From IMG/VR virus record IMGVR_UViG_3300028045_001344, positions 1 to 64,000 of that record: a stretch of DNA of 64,000 nucleotides, one strand, 5' to 3'. The notes beneath the pieces were generated by a model. That model ran no database searches, had not been told where the DNA came from, and saw only the letters and a list, made by a program, of their open reading frames with translations. Shown here piece after piece: positions 54,797 to 64,000 of this stretch. Each line of letters opens with the position of its first letter. Position 1 is the stretch's first letter. Position numbers and translations under genes: made by a program. This DNA is from a virus.

Positions 54797-57717
54797 TTAG
54801 TCTTCAAAAGATGCTCCTGTGCTTGTAATTACAAAATCAATTGCGATGAATTCAATGGCTCGTGCGGGCTTGAGAAAAATCTTCGCATACATGATGTTTC
54901 TATCAATCAGGTCTGGTGTTGTCGTTGATTCATCTAGAACCACACGATAATCTGTCAAGCCCTGTCCCGCAACAATGCCATTGAGAAATGGCACCACTTG
55001 ACCCGTAAATCGATCCCAAGTTGTTTGAGTGTTTTGGTCAAACAATAGCCGTGAAGCGATTCGTGAAACGTTCTTCTTGATGTGTAGCATCAACCTACGC
55101 ACATTCACCCGATCCAAAGCAGATTGTGTGGTCTGTAGGGTCTTTTGACCAAACACCACAATCCCTTCAGAGGGGAACGAAGCAATAGGATTAATATTTA
55201 CTTCATAAAGGTTGTCTCGATCTTTAGACGTAAGCTTTTGTTTTACATTTACAACCGGGATTCCCGCAGAGCCCTCAGTTAAGCCGCCCCTTGTAAATCC
55301 TGCTGGCGCAAACCAAACTTCAGACTTTCGTTGTGCGCTTGAAAAGGTTCCTAATGCTGCCACAGAGGGTGGGCACCAAAAAGTTTGACCATTCTCGGTA
55401 TCTCTGGCTTGAACCCAGGGATAATAAGTACAACCGTAACTCGAATTCAATCCTCGTTCTTCCAGCGAAGTAATTGCGCTACTTATATTACCGCCGCGAT
55501 CCTGTGCCGTTGCGTCGTCTTCCGCTGTTGGAGTATATCCAAAAGGAATGTCAATGACACCCAATGTATCCGCACGGTCTTCACAAGTTTTAATCAAGTG
55601 GTCAGTTAAGCCAATATTGATTAAGCCGGGTGCGGACATTAGGTTGCACTCTACAACTTCAGGGTCCGCACATGTGTCAATCGCAATCTTCATTGAATTG
55701 AAAGTGTAGCTTCCGACTTCAGTAGCGTTGGCACCGGAAGATCCATTCGCTCCCCAAATAGTGTTTCGGAAAGGGTCAGCTTCAGTAATGTCTAGTCCAT
55801 CGTTTCCGCCGATTAGGGGAAGTGTAAAGGAATCAAAACCTGCTTGAAGAACTGAATTCCATGTATTAGTTCCAGTAATTGCTAAAGAGTTACCGACCCC
55901 ACGAGAGCCGCTATAATAATAGACATCAGTCGATGATGTCATTCCTGCGGCTGGTGTCAGTGTTGAACTTGCCGCAGCCGAACCAGTATATCGCGTCAAA
56001 TCTTCCAGCGTAAAGTGGAAGGCATATTCTTGAGCCTCGTTGGAAGCCGGGTCGCCAGTAGAATCAAGTTGATATGGTCCAATGCCAAGGACTAAATCCT
56101 TGTAAGATGGCTCAAATCGTGTGCTTGTTCCCAGTGTGGTATCAATTCCAAAAAATGCATCCTTCGGGCTTGATAGGTTTCCTTCAACCGAACTGGCTCG
56201 CATAGGAAATTTAGGAAATTCAAAACTGGCTGAAGGAATCCCAAATGTATTGACTTGTTCGGTGGCGGAGGCAAGAGACTCGCCGCCGAGAATGCTGCTG
56301 CCGTCTACAAATACATTTGTGTTGAAGGTGTCTGAACCTGTGTTGCAAATGGTTCCTCCGGTAAAAGCGCCGATTGTGCCTGAAACGATTGTAAATCCTT
56401 TCCATCTCACCGGACCTTCAAAACCAAATGGAAGGTAGGCTTCATTAGTTGCCGCATTTTCAACATCGCTATTCATCACCATATAGATGTATTTAGACAT
56501 ATTGGGATAATTTCCGTATTCTCGATATCGTCGGTCAGTATAACTCCAATCAACATACATATCACCAATTTGTTTAGCGACATAGTTTGGAGAAGCCGGA
56601 TTTAGATCGCAGTTGGCATATGATTCCACAACCTGCTTGGCATTATCACTATCCGCTGCCATTCTAATTTGAACCGTAAAAGTTCCATAAGGGACCAAGG
56701 GGTCTGATGAAGATTTCACATCGGTAATTGAAATCTTAAAGTTCTTTTGTTCCCATTCGCCAGCGTCCAATGTTCTAAATTGAAAAAGGTTTTGAACGTT
56801 GAAGCTTCCCGAAAGACCACCGAGGTCTTGTGAGAAAACCCAAGGTGAGTTTGCTTTAGTAGCTTCTCGTCTTTGATCGTTTTGCTGATCACCATAAGAT
56901 GAGCCTGAAACCAAAGGCAACAACACGCCAATTGGATTATCTCCTATGCTCTCCTCTCTTACAGTCCTCTCGTAAGTCTCTCCAAGCCAGTAAGTCTTGG
57001 TGGTTTCGTTTATATCTCCGTTGGTCAGCGTAGGATTGGTATTGAAAACCTTTCTAATATAATTTTTAGAAGTGGTGGAAAAGTTGAAAGATAATGTCTC
57101 GGTCGTTGTTCCCGCAGCATTTGCCACTTCCATTTGCCATCCACCGTTCGCCCCTTGGACAAAACCGCAGGTTCCCGAAATCTGGATAGCAGCATCGGCA
57201 GGACTCGTTCCTTTGAGTCTCAAGGAGCCCGTTTCTGCGTAGAAGATCGCACCCAATGATCCTGTATAAGCGAGCCAGTAGCACCGGCACCATCTGGGTC
57301 AGCCACCAAAAAAAGACCCCAAGCACCACCAGTACGGCCGTTACTAATTTCTCCGGCTTTCCATCCGGCAAATCCAGTTGCCGTTGCGTCAGGATGCTCT
57401 TTGCCTAAAAGACGCACAAACGTAACAGGAGAACTATTGCGTAAAAATGCTTGAGTCGCGTAAGCTCCATATGTGGGAGCCAAGCCAGAACCACCGTTTC
57501 GCCAAACGTCAGTACCATCGCCACCCGGCCTTGGGTTTCCAAAAATTTCTACAAATTCAGAAAATGAATCTACTTGAACCGGACGAAGCCCTGGTCCTCT
57601 TTGTGCTCGACCAATGACAACAGGTCCAATTGGTCCGGGTAGTTCAGGAAGTTGCGAATTATCTATCTCCGCCATTTGTACTCCGGGGCTTACAAATTTA
57701 AATTTATTTACTGGCAT
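54797..57717 (-). CDS. Tail sheath protein (gp18-like), split by a 1-nt frameshift near 57270
   Basis: N-terminal FVSPGVQMAEID...GRAQRGP (ORF 57220-57717) and C-terminal YYPWV, WFAPAG, INPI, VNVRRL, KPARAIEFI (ORF 54797-57256). Confidence 0.9.
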
Positions 57718-57764
57718 TTATATATTTCTCCTTAAGAAAGCTCAATCTTATTACAAGTCTCTAA

Positions 57765-57772
57765 TAAATAGT
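57765..57772 (-). promoter_or_regulatory. Late promoter motif ACTATTTA (sheath)
   Basis: Same motif, intergenic. Confidence 0.65.
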
Positions 57773-57802
57773 ATGCAGGGACACCAAATGCAAAAGGAAT
57801 TA

Positions 57803-58681
57803 CTATGGACGATATTTTCCTGGTTGTCCTTCTATCGGACGATAGTGAGGTTTATCCCCAAAGATCGTTCTTTCGCGTGGCGTTCGCAACTCAACCGCAT
57901 TCTGACGAATAACTTTAGAAGGTTGCGGATCATTTTTGCCCTGCCCTATTAGATAACCAAGAGCTTGAATCTGAATGGTGGTGGCAAAGTTGCGACGGTC
58001 ATCGCCCATATCACTCACATTATTTTGCTGACCGAAGTCTTGCTGAATAAAACACTCATACCGATGTTCACCACGATGGGCAAAAAACTGATTCACTCCG
58101 TAAGTCTTTGTAACAAATGGTTGTAACAATTCATTCATCTGTTGTTGATACTCTGTCTGAATAGTGATGGCATAAGTAATATCTACATACACAGGCATTG
58201 GCACCGATATCTGTTCATAAACTATTTTTTTATTTTTATTTTTACTGGGGAAATTTATTTGTCCCCCGCTGGGCTTTACTACGCCACCCACACCATATTG
58301 TCGTGCGCTATCGGCGTTAAGAAAATTAGCCGTTTTATTGGGCTGAATGGTGCGGGCGATTGTAATGGAGCCACCCTTATAATCCTTGACTGGTGGTATG
58401 TTACCATAATAAGAACCTTTTTTATTCAAATCTTTATTTACCGCTGTTCGTTCAATCGTAATAACGGGGTAATTAACAATACCAGATCGGGTTCGTATTT
58501 GATTGGACCGCTGTCCTGATCGTTCCCCCGCAACCCAGATACACGAAACCTTTTGCCAGCCTTCGTTGGTGGAGCAAAATAGATCCATAGTTTCATTAAG
58601 CCAGTCGTAAAGGGCAAAATCTATAGTTTCAAAAGTTGAAGCCTTGTAGGGCAGCAACGGGTTTAGAGTTTCTATAGTCAT
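57803..58681 (-). CDS. Tail completion/sheath stabiliser (gp15-like)
   Basis: Position between the neck and sheath genes; YPVITIER, PVYVDITY...QQMNELLQ. Confidence 0.6.
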   Translation of the reverse strand: MTIETLNPLLPYKASTFETIDFALYDWLNETMDLFCSTNEGWQKVSCIWVAGERSGQRSNQIRTRSGIVNYPVITIERTAVNKDLNKKGSYYGNIPPVKDYKGGSITIARTIQPNKTANFLNADSARQYGVGGVVKPSGGQINFPSKNKNKKIVYEQISVPMPVYVDITYAITIQTEYQQQMNELLQPFVTKTYGVNQFFAHRGEHRYECFIQQDFGQQNNVSDMGDDRRNFATTIQIQALGYLIGQGKNDPQPSKVIRQNAVELRTPRERTIFGDKPHYRPIEGQPGKYRP

Positions 58682-59175
58682 TATTCAGTATTAAAAACTC
58701 CTGATCGTGCTTGAATACACTTGGCTGCTACTTCCATCTTATATGGTATTTGGCCGAAGATGGCTCTTGGTTGAGCGATGTTAACAATCTCATAAAGAAT
58801 TTGTCCGTAAAGCACAAAGTCGCCCTCTTGAACATTTACATCTTGATCCTCCGTCAATCTTCGTTTATGGAAATGAATAGTTATGCTAGAGGTTCTGTCG
58901 ATACCATCTTTGAGAGTGGTTGTTTCAGAGCCCTCCCAGTCAATCAATGCCATAACTCTAATGGGAGGAAGGAAAGTCTTTTTAATTGCTTCCTCGTATA
59001 AGGGGTGAAAGTTTGTATGCTCCATGCTGATAGGATAATAGATTATAGTTTGACCAATGACCCGTTCAATGAGTTCATCGTTGACTTGCTTAACTAAATC
59101 TCTTTCAGGTCGTCCAAGAAACAGTGGTGGTGGTGGCGCATCGGGGCGTGACCATTTGTTGTTTTCATCAGCCAT
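58681..59175 (-). CDS. Neck/head-closure protein (gp14-like)
   Basis: ELIE..GQ.I.Y.P......HPLY.E; EGDFVLYG..YEIV. Confidence 0.65.
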   Translation of the reverse strand: MADENNKWSRPDAPPPPLFLGRPERDLVKQVNDELIERVIGQTIIYYPISMEHTNFHPLYEEAIKKTFLPPIRVMALIDWEGSETTTLKDGIDRTSSITIHFHKRRLTEDQDVNVQEGDFVLYGQILYEIVNIAQPRAIFGQIPYKMEVAAKCIQARSGVFNTE

Positions 59176-59179
59176 TTAT

Positions 59180-60447
59180 CTATCCTGTATAAATCCCCAT
59201 TGGGACATGCGTCATTACTGCTTCTGCGTCCGCTGCCATTTCAGCATCGCCTTTGATCAAGGCACCATAAGTCAATTTTTCTAGTTGAGCTTTTAGTTCT
59301 TCTTTGAGTTTTTCTTGTTCCTCTTTTGCCTGAGATAAAAGATCAGAGGCATTTAGGGTTATATCGTTGCCTGGAATTGGAATGGTTGCAAATTTACCTC
59401 TTATCTGGCCGAGCATTTCTTTAGATATAGCAAGGGCATATTTTCTAATCCATTGTTTACCTATACTATTGATATTATTGTAAGGCAAGTTGGCAAACGG
59501 AAGTGTGTTCATGTTATTGATGCCGTCCACACCAACTTGAGCTGCGGGGTCTTGCGTCCAAGTATCTTGCGGGATACTAAAGTTAAACCACATTCGTCGC
59601 GGATAGCTTACGCAAGGAGGTGGATATATTTTTAAATAATTATCTCGTATTTCATAAGAATAGTGACTTCCGCGTGTATAAAGATTTGTTTCAAATTGTT
59701 GTGCTTGTAATTTGTTCTGCCACGCAGGAACGATTTCAAAAGTGGAGTCGTCGGCATACATTCCATAAGAACTTAGGTTTCCATAAACACCACCACCAAC
59801 ATTCATGTATCCAAAGAATCGCCACATAGCGGCGGGGGATTTATAATAAACTCGTTCAATTCTTACTTTCTTGTTTTGAACCAAGTCTTCCCACACACTC
59901 CCCGACTGTGATGCTGAAACGATTGACTGAAGGTTGTAATCCTGAACTCCACCCGTCAGCGCAAATGATGCTGAATACATACGAACATTATCGCCAAAAC
60001 CCGCAGATTGGGCTAAACCACTTCCGATACGTTCCGAATAGGCAAAGTCAAATGTAGGAAATTTTAAAGCGACAGACGAACCACTAAGGCTGGATGAGAG
60101 TGGGCCTGCTTTCATTTCTCCGTCTTGATCAAAGGTTCCCGTTGTCGCACCGAGAAAATCAGATAAAACATTCTCAGCTTGATGGGAATTGATGATTGAA
60201 GAATATTCTAAGACTCCCAATTCGTATGAAGTATATACGTTCCCCTCCATAAGTTCAATATCAAGAACATCGCCGCCTAACATTTTATATGTAAATGCAA
60301 CCTGATCAACAGCCCCCGAAATAAAATCATCATTATCTAAATATACTCCATAAGGTAAATTCGCGCTTGTCACATTCGCCGCATTACCAGTAACCGGCAA
60401 GATAACCTTGCTCATTTGACTTTAGGTGTTAGTATTGGAAGCGCCAT
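59180..60447 (-). CDS. Neck protein (gp13-like); probable true start 60447 with a 1-nt frameshift near 60421
   Basis: LGGDVLDIEL, WIRKYALA..KEMLGQIRGKF, ITLNA..L...A..E. A GGAG RBS precedes ATG 60447 (MALPILTPK), which is out of frame with ORF 59180-60415 by one base. Confidence 0.75.
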
Positions 60448-60468
60448 AAACTATATATCTCCTGTATC

Positions 60469-60476
60469 TAAATAGT
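60469..60476 (-). promoter_or_regulatory. Late promoter motif ACTATTTA (neck operon)
   Basis: Same motif, between the capsid terminator and the neck RBS. Confidence 0.65.
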
Positions 60477-60494
60477 AATTTGTTAATAGAAAAC

Positions 60495-60538
60495 AAAAAG
60501 AAATGCTCCCACCTCTCAAAAAGAAAGGGGGAGCATTT
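60495..60538 (-). terminator. Rho-independent terminator after the major capsid gene
   Basis: Minus-strand hairpin AAATGCTCCC...GGGAGCATTT followed by CTTTTTG. Confidence 0.75.
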
Positions 60539-60572
60539 CAAAGTTTAAGATTATCTCCTAACTAATCAAATA

Positions 60573-62393
60573 TTAGCCAAAGAGATTTTCCACGACGACA
60601 AGACCGTACATATCAGGTCGAACCATATGCTTTCCGTAACGAGTCATTACACCCTTTCGTGGCGTAAAGTTCTCTGGATCGAAAATGGTTGGGGTGGTCT
60701 GTAGAGGCACATAAGGTGCATATACATATCCACTCTCAAGGAATCCGCTTCCTTTGCGACCAACAAGTAAGAGATTTCGTGGGAAGTATGGGTCAACATA
60801 CACATCCCACTTCTTACTAATCGAGCCCGTCTTCACAGCACCAGCAGTTCCGCGATTTTCATCTGCGGTTGTGTCAGCACGGAAGCCGTTTGTAAATTCA
60901 AGAATGTTCGCAACTTCAGGAGAAGTAACAATAAAGTTAGCTCCACCGCGAAGCGTCTTACGATGAATCTGTGCTGAAACGTCATTGACAGTCTCAAGCA
61001 AAGTCTCATACCATTCTGAAACAGTACCCGTGAAGGTGGGTGGCGCAGCAAGCGCAGCGCCAGTAATCCTATCCACAAAAACTCCTGGTCGTCTGGACCA
61101 GTGGAAAGTAGAAGCAGTCGCACCTTTGATAAGGTCTTCAAGGATTTCTTGATCAATTTCAAGAGCAATCGCTTCAGACAAAATCGAGGTAAGCTCAACT
61201 TCAGCATCCAAATTGTGATAAGCATTGATGTCCTGCTGTAGTTCTGGTGTCCATTTAGCACGAAGCTTTTTGGTCATCGCGGTGATAGAAACACTATCAA
61301 CTTTGATGTCAATTTCAGCAATCGCAGAACCAGAATTTGCCGTTCCGCAAGAATCTCCACCACCAGCAACGGTGCCAAGAGCTTCCAGATCCCAAACAGG
61401 CGCACCAACAATAGCTCCGGGTGGGCCAGCGTTAGCGAAATTATCAGCAATAACAAAACTAGCTGAAACACAAGCATTAAGCGCGGCTGTAGCTTGAGCC
61501 ACATCCGAACCTGAAACAACTACCAAGAGGTTGGCTGGAGCCACGCCTTTTGGATCTGTATAGTCAGGTTGCGTCAAACGACGGATTTGCAATTCACCCG
61601 TTTTATTGATGCCATTAATACGAGCACCAGTTGCGAGAGCCGGAAGCCCTACCGCACCACTGAGCAAGCAGATTGAAACATCATCTTGAACATTGAACTG
61701 CGTAAGCTGAGCTACGGCAATTTGACCAACAACCAAAGCGGCAGCGCCAGCCTCGTTGACGGCACCAAGATCAGGATCAAATCGAATAAGACGATCTCCC
61801 TCGTCGGTGGCTCGCGTTCCGACAACATTGTTCCATCCACCGAGCACGCCGCCGTCGCGTGTTGCGATTAGGGTCGGCACAGTGATCGAGTTTGAACCAG
61901 TCGTTGCGGCATATCCATTGGACAGATTATAAAATCCTTGTTCGTCCGCATTTGTTAAGGGTGGACCTGCTCCAAGCGTTACGCCATTGGCAATACCAGA
62001 CCCAGTAACACCACCACCATAGATAGATTCACATGCGTCATCTCCAAGTTTATCATTCGCTGTAGTAAAGTCGAGGAAGAAGATAAGACCACTCGGCAAG
62101 CTCATAGGCTGAACCGAGACAAGCTCATTCGCTACCAGTCCGCCGAATACACGACGAACGATTGGAAATGCAACTGCTGCAAATCCTTCAACATCACCAC
62201 TAGCCATGGTGGAAGCTTCACGAAGAAGTTCCTTGGCTTGGTTTTCTAGAAGACATGCCATACTGTTTTTGTTATGGTCGCCTTCAATTCCTTCTAAAAG
62301 TCCAGTGTTCTCCCATTTTGATAAGAGAGCATTGGCTTCACGCGAAAGATCACGATTAATGATTCCTTCGGTTAGTTTTTCAATAATACTCAT
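60573..62393 (-). CDS. Major capsid protein (T4 gp23-like)
   Basis: W..TGLLEG, LLENQ, VRRVF, VQPMSLPSGLIF, KLRAKWTPEL.QD..AYH.LDAE.EL, YAPYVPL, FTPRKGVMTRYG. Confidence 0.95.
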   Translation of the reverse strand: MSIIEKLTEGIINRDLSREANALLSKWENTGLLEGIEGDHNKNSMACLLENQAKELLREASTMASGDVEGFAAVAFPIVRRVFGGLVANELVSVQPMSLPSGLIFFLDFTTANDKLGDDACESIYGGGVTGSGIANGVTLGAGPPLTNADEQGFYNLSNGYAATTGSNSITVPTLIATRDGGVLGGWNNVVGTRATDEGDRLIRFDPDLGAVNEAGAAALVVGQIAVAQLTQFNVQDDVSICLLSGAVGLPALATGARINGINKTGELQIRRLTQPDYTDPKGVAPANLLVVVSGSDVAQATAALNACVSASFVIADNFANAGPPGAIVGAPVWDLEALGTVAGGGDSCGTANSGSAIAEIDIKVDSVSITAMTKKLRAKWTPELQQDINAYHNLDAEVELTSILSEAIALEIDQEILEDLIKGATASTFHWSRRPGVFVDRITGAALAAPPTFTGTVSEWYETLLETVNDVSAQIHRKTLRGGANFIVTSPEVANILEFTNGFRADTTADENRGTAGAVKTGSISKKWDVYVDPYFPRNLLLVGRKGSGFLESGYVYAPYVPLQTTPTIFDPENFTPRKGVMTRYGKHMVRPDMYGLVVVENLFG

Positions 62394-62408
62394 TATTTTT
62401 TTTTCTCC

Positions 62409-63623
62409 TTAAATAATGCCCGCAAGTCGCCTCAGTCTATCGACTTGATTTTGACCAGCGGGTTGTTTTTCTTTATTTGATTTCAATATAAGCGGATTGT
62501 TTTTATTCACTGCTTCATTCAATGTCTTCGGAGCAGTCTTGCTCTTGGACGAAAGATTTTCATTCAATGTATCATAAACAATCTTGGCTTCTTCTACTGA
62601 ACCAACTTTTGAAATTGCTTCGACAAGTTTTTCTTTTTGTCGCTCATTCAAGGAGTCGCTTTTCAGGATGCGATTCGTGTAGATTAATTTTGCGTTAGAA
62701 AAATTAACTTCTTCTAACTTCTTTGTTGCCTTTAGTGCAATACTCTTAAGATTATCAAAATCTTTTTTCTGCTTATTCAATTTAAGCTTCTGAGATTTAT
62801 TTTGCTCTTGCAACTTCTTTAATGCTTGGCGCAATTGTTCTTGCTCCTCTGCAAATTCTGTGTCTTGTTCTTGCGCTAAAGCAATATCAAGACCTCGTTC
62901 GTTTTGTCCCATAGTTGGGTGTGTATGAAAGATATCCCCGGAAGGAACATTCTTCATATCGACTACTAATGCCTCGACGATTTCATCAAGTAGTTCTTCG
63001 TCAAGTTCTTCGTTCTCATCAATTTCTTGTTCTCTCGAATCCTCAAAAATTTCAGGGGCGATTTTTTCAGCACCCTCGTTTTTGGGTTTGTCTTTCTTTT
63101 CTTCTTCTTTAGATTGTTTAATGGCTTTATCTCGCGATCCTTTCCATTCAGCTTCTTTAGATTCAACTTCGCCATCACCATCATAATCCTCGTAGGCATC
63201 TTCCTCATTCAGTGCTTGGGCAATTGCCTCAAGAAGATTGTCCTCGCTCACTTCAAAGAGTTCTTCTTCGTCGGCAGCAACTTCACCACCAAGATCCATT
63301 TCTTCTTCGCTCTCGGCTGCTTGTGCTGCCGCGACTATTTGATCTAGATCAAGAACCATTGGCTCTTCTTCTTCGGGGCACGGACACATGTTCTCGCCAT
63401 CGGTCGCAGCAATCGGCATTTGATCGGCGATGCCTGGTTCCGCATCAAGACCTTCCTCGTCTTCCATACCAAACATATCTTCCTCTTGTTCTAAAAGGGA
63501 TGTGACGGCTTCTTTGATTTCTCCTGAATACTTTTCGAGAACTTCTTGTTCTGCGTTTTTCATCGCCGCTTCTCGAAGTGCTTCGGCGTCAATGACGGCT
63601 TGATCTAACATAGTTGATGACAT
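62409..63623 (-). CDS. Prohead core/scaffold protein
   Basis: Acidic coiled coil directly upstream of the capsid gene; many LxE sites; C-terminal RLRRLAGII. Confidence 0.8.
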   Translation of the reverse strand: MSSTMLDQAVIDAEALREAAMKNAEQEVLEKYSGEIKEAVTSLLEQEEDMFGMEDEEGLDAEPGIADQMPIAATDGENMCPCPEEEEPMVLDLDQIVAAAQAAESEEEMDLGGEVAADEEELFEVSEDNLLEAIAQALNEEDAYEDYDGDGEVESKEAEWKGSRDKAIKQSKEEEKKDKPKNEGAEKIAPEIFEDSREQEIDENEELDEELLDEIVEALVVDMKNVPSGDIFHTHPTMGQNERGLDIALAQEQDTEFAEEQEQLRQALKKLQEQNKSQKLKLNKQKKDFDNLKSIALKATKKLEEVNFSNAKLIYTNRILKSDSLNERQKEKLVEAISKVGSVEEAKIVYDTLNENLSSKSKTAPKTLNEAVNKNNPLILKSNKEKQPAGQNQVDRLRRLAGII

Positions 63624-63656
63624 TTATTTCTCCTAAAAAATTACAGTGGTCTTCAA

Positions 63657-63664
63657 TAAATAGT
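63657..63664 (-). promoter_or_regulatory. Late promoter motif ACTATTTA (scaffold/capsid operon)
   Basis: Recurring motif upstream of structural genes. Confidence 0.65.
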
Positions 63665-63693
63665 AAGTAGGATTAGTAAAATACTATAAATCA

Positions 63694-63942
63694 TCACCCT
63701 GTCGGACCAGGAGGCATCCACGGTGCTGTTTTGCACAAGGCTCGAATTTCTGTATGCGTATAAGTCGAAAGTCCAAGCGTTGCAACCCAAGCTGGTGGTT
63801 CACCTTTCCATTTTAAAATTGCTTGAGATCCGTCTATTGATTTGGCTAATGTATTTATGCTGCTTTCCAGACAATCATTCACAATAGATGGTGTAATATC
63901 AGAAATGCTTATTGTTGTATATGTTAGGTTATTGTTGCTCAT
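63694..63942 (-). CDS. Small hypothetical protein
   Basis: Likely start MSNNN after a GAAGGA RBS-like sequence; the end of another minus-strand gene lies at about 63946-64000. Confidence 0.55.
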   Translation of the reverse strand: MSNNNLTYTTISISDITPSIVNDCLESSINTLAKSIDGSQAILKWKGEPPAWVATLGLSTYTHTEIRALCKTAPWMPPGPTG

Positions 63943-64000
63943 TTTATCCTTCTCCACAAGTTCCTGCATCTGAATTAACTAAAGTTCCCGACACACTGTT

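Noticed and set aside
57220-57290. Split tail sheath gene read as a programmed frameshift or two-gene sheath
   Set aside because: One added base near TCG-CT-TAT restores a continuous ...GS(x)YTGSLGAIFY. There is no slippery motif and the gene is essential, so a sequencing indel is most likely; raw reads would settle it.
60410-60447. Short uORF MALPILTPKVK* before the neck gene
   Set aside because: One extra A in the AAA run gives MALPILTPKSQMSKVILP in frame from the RBS-supported ATG; probably a homopolymer error.
297-63505. Numerous plus-strand ORFs and nested minus-strand ORFs in the track
   Set aside because: They are shadow frames of well-supported minus-strand genes and show no recognisable motifs.
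1-64000. Alternative genetic code; tRNA or rRNA genes
   Set aside because: Long genes are intact under code 11 and end in TAA, TAG and TGA. Intergenic gaps are short and no cloverleaf was recognised by eye (tRNAscan not run).

Overview
64 kb of a large T4-like (myovirus, probably jumbo-class) bacteriophage genome. Essentially all real genes are on the minus strand. In transcription order (right to left): (1) a head/neck/tail structural block with scaffold, gp23-like major capsid, gp13/14/15-like neck proteins, sheath, tube, tail chaperone with a probable programmed frameshift, tape measure and baseplate genes; (2) a replication block with a compact PolA-like polymerase, MazG-like protein, tubulin/FtsZ-like protein, SSB, RecA, 5'-3' exonuclease, DnaB-like helicase, class II RNR, GroES-like protein, DnaE, dUTPase and Dam-like MTase; (3) ClpP, an amidase, a DNA modification/nuclease island (Mom-like, REase-like, MTase, HNH), GroEL and Hsp20; (4) a tandem array of nine unrelated proteins that share the N-terminal leader MK(L/V/I)LxExWRx(Y/H/V/F)(L/I)xE. 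The leader ends in a T4 gp21-type (L/I)xE cleavage site and is fused to GNAT-, ADP-ribosyltransferase-, metallopeptidase- and membrane-like domains. The most interesting candidate system is this array, read as a modular capsid-addressed effector-cargo cassette. Two promoter classes are visible: sigma70-like TTGACN-17-TANNNT and a late motif ACTATTTA. Two single-base frameshifts, in the sheath and neck genes, look like sequencing errors. All family assignments come from motif recognition, not database searches.
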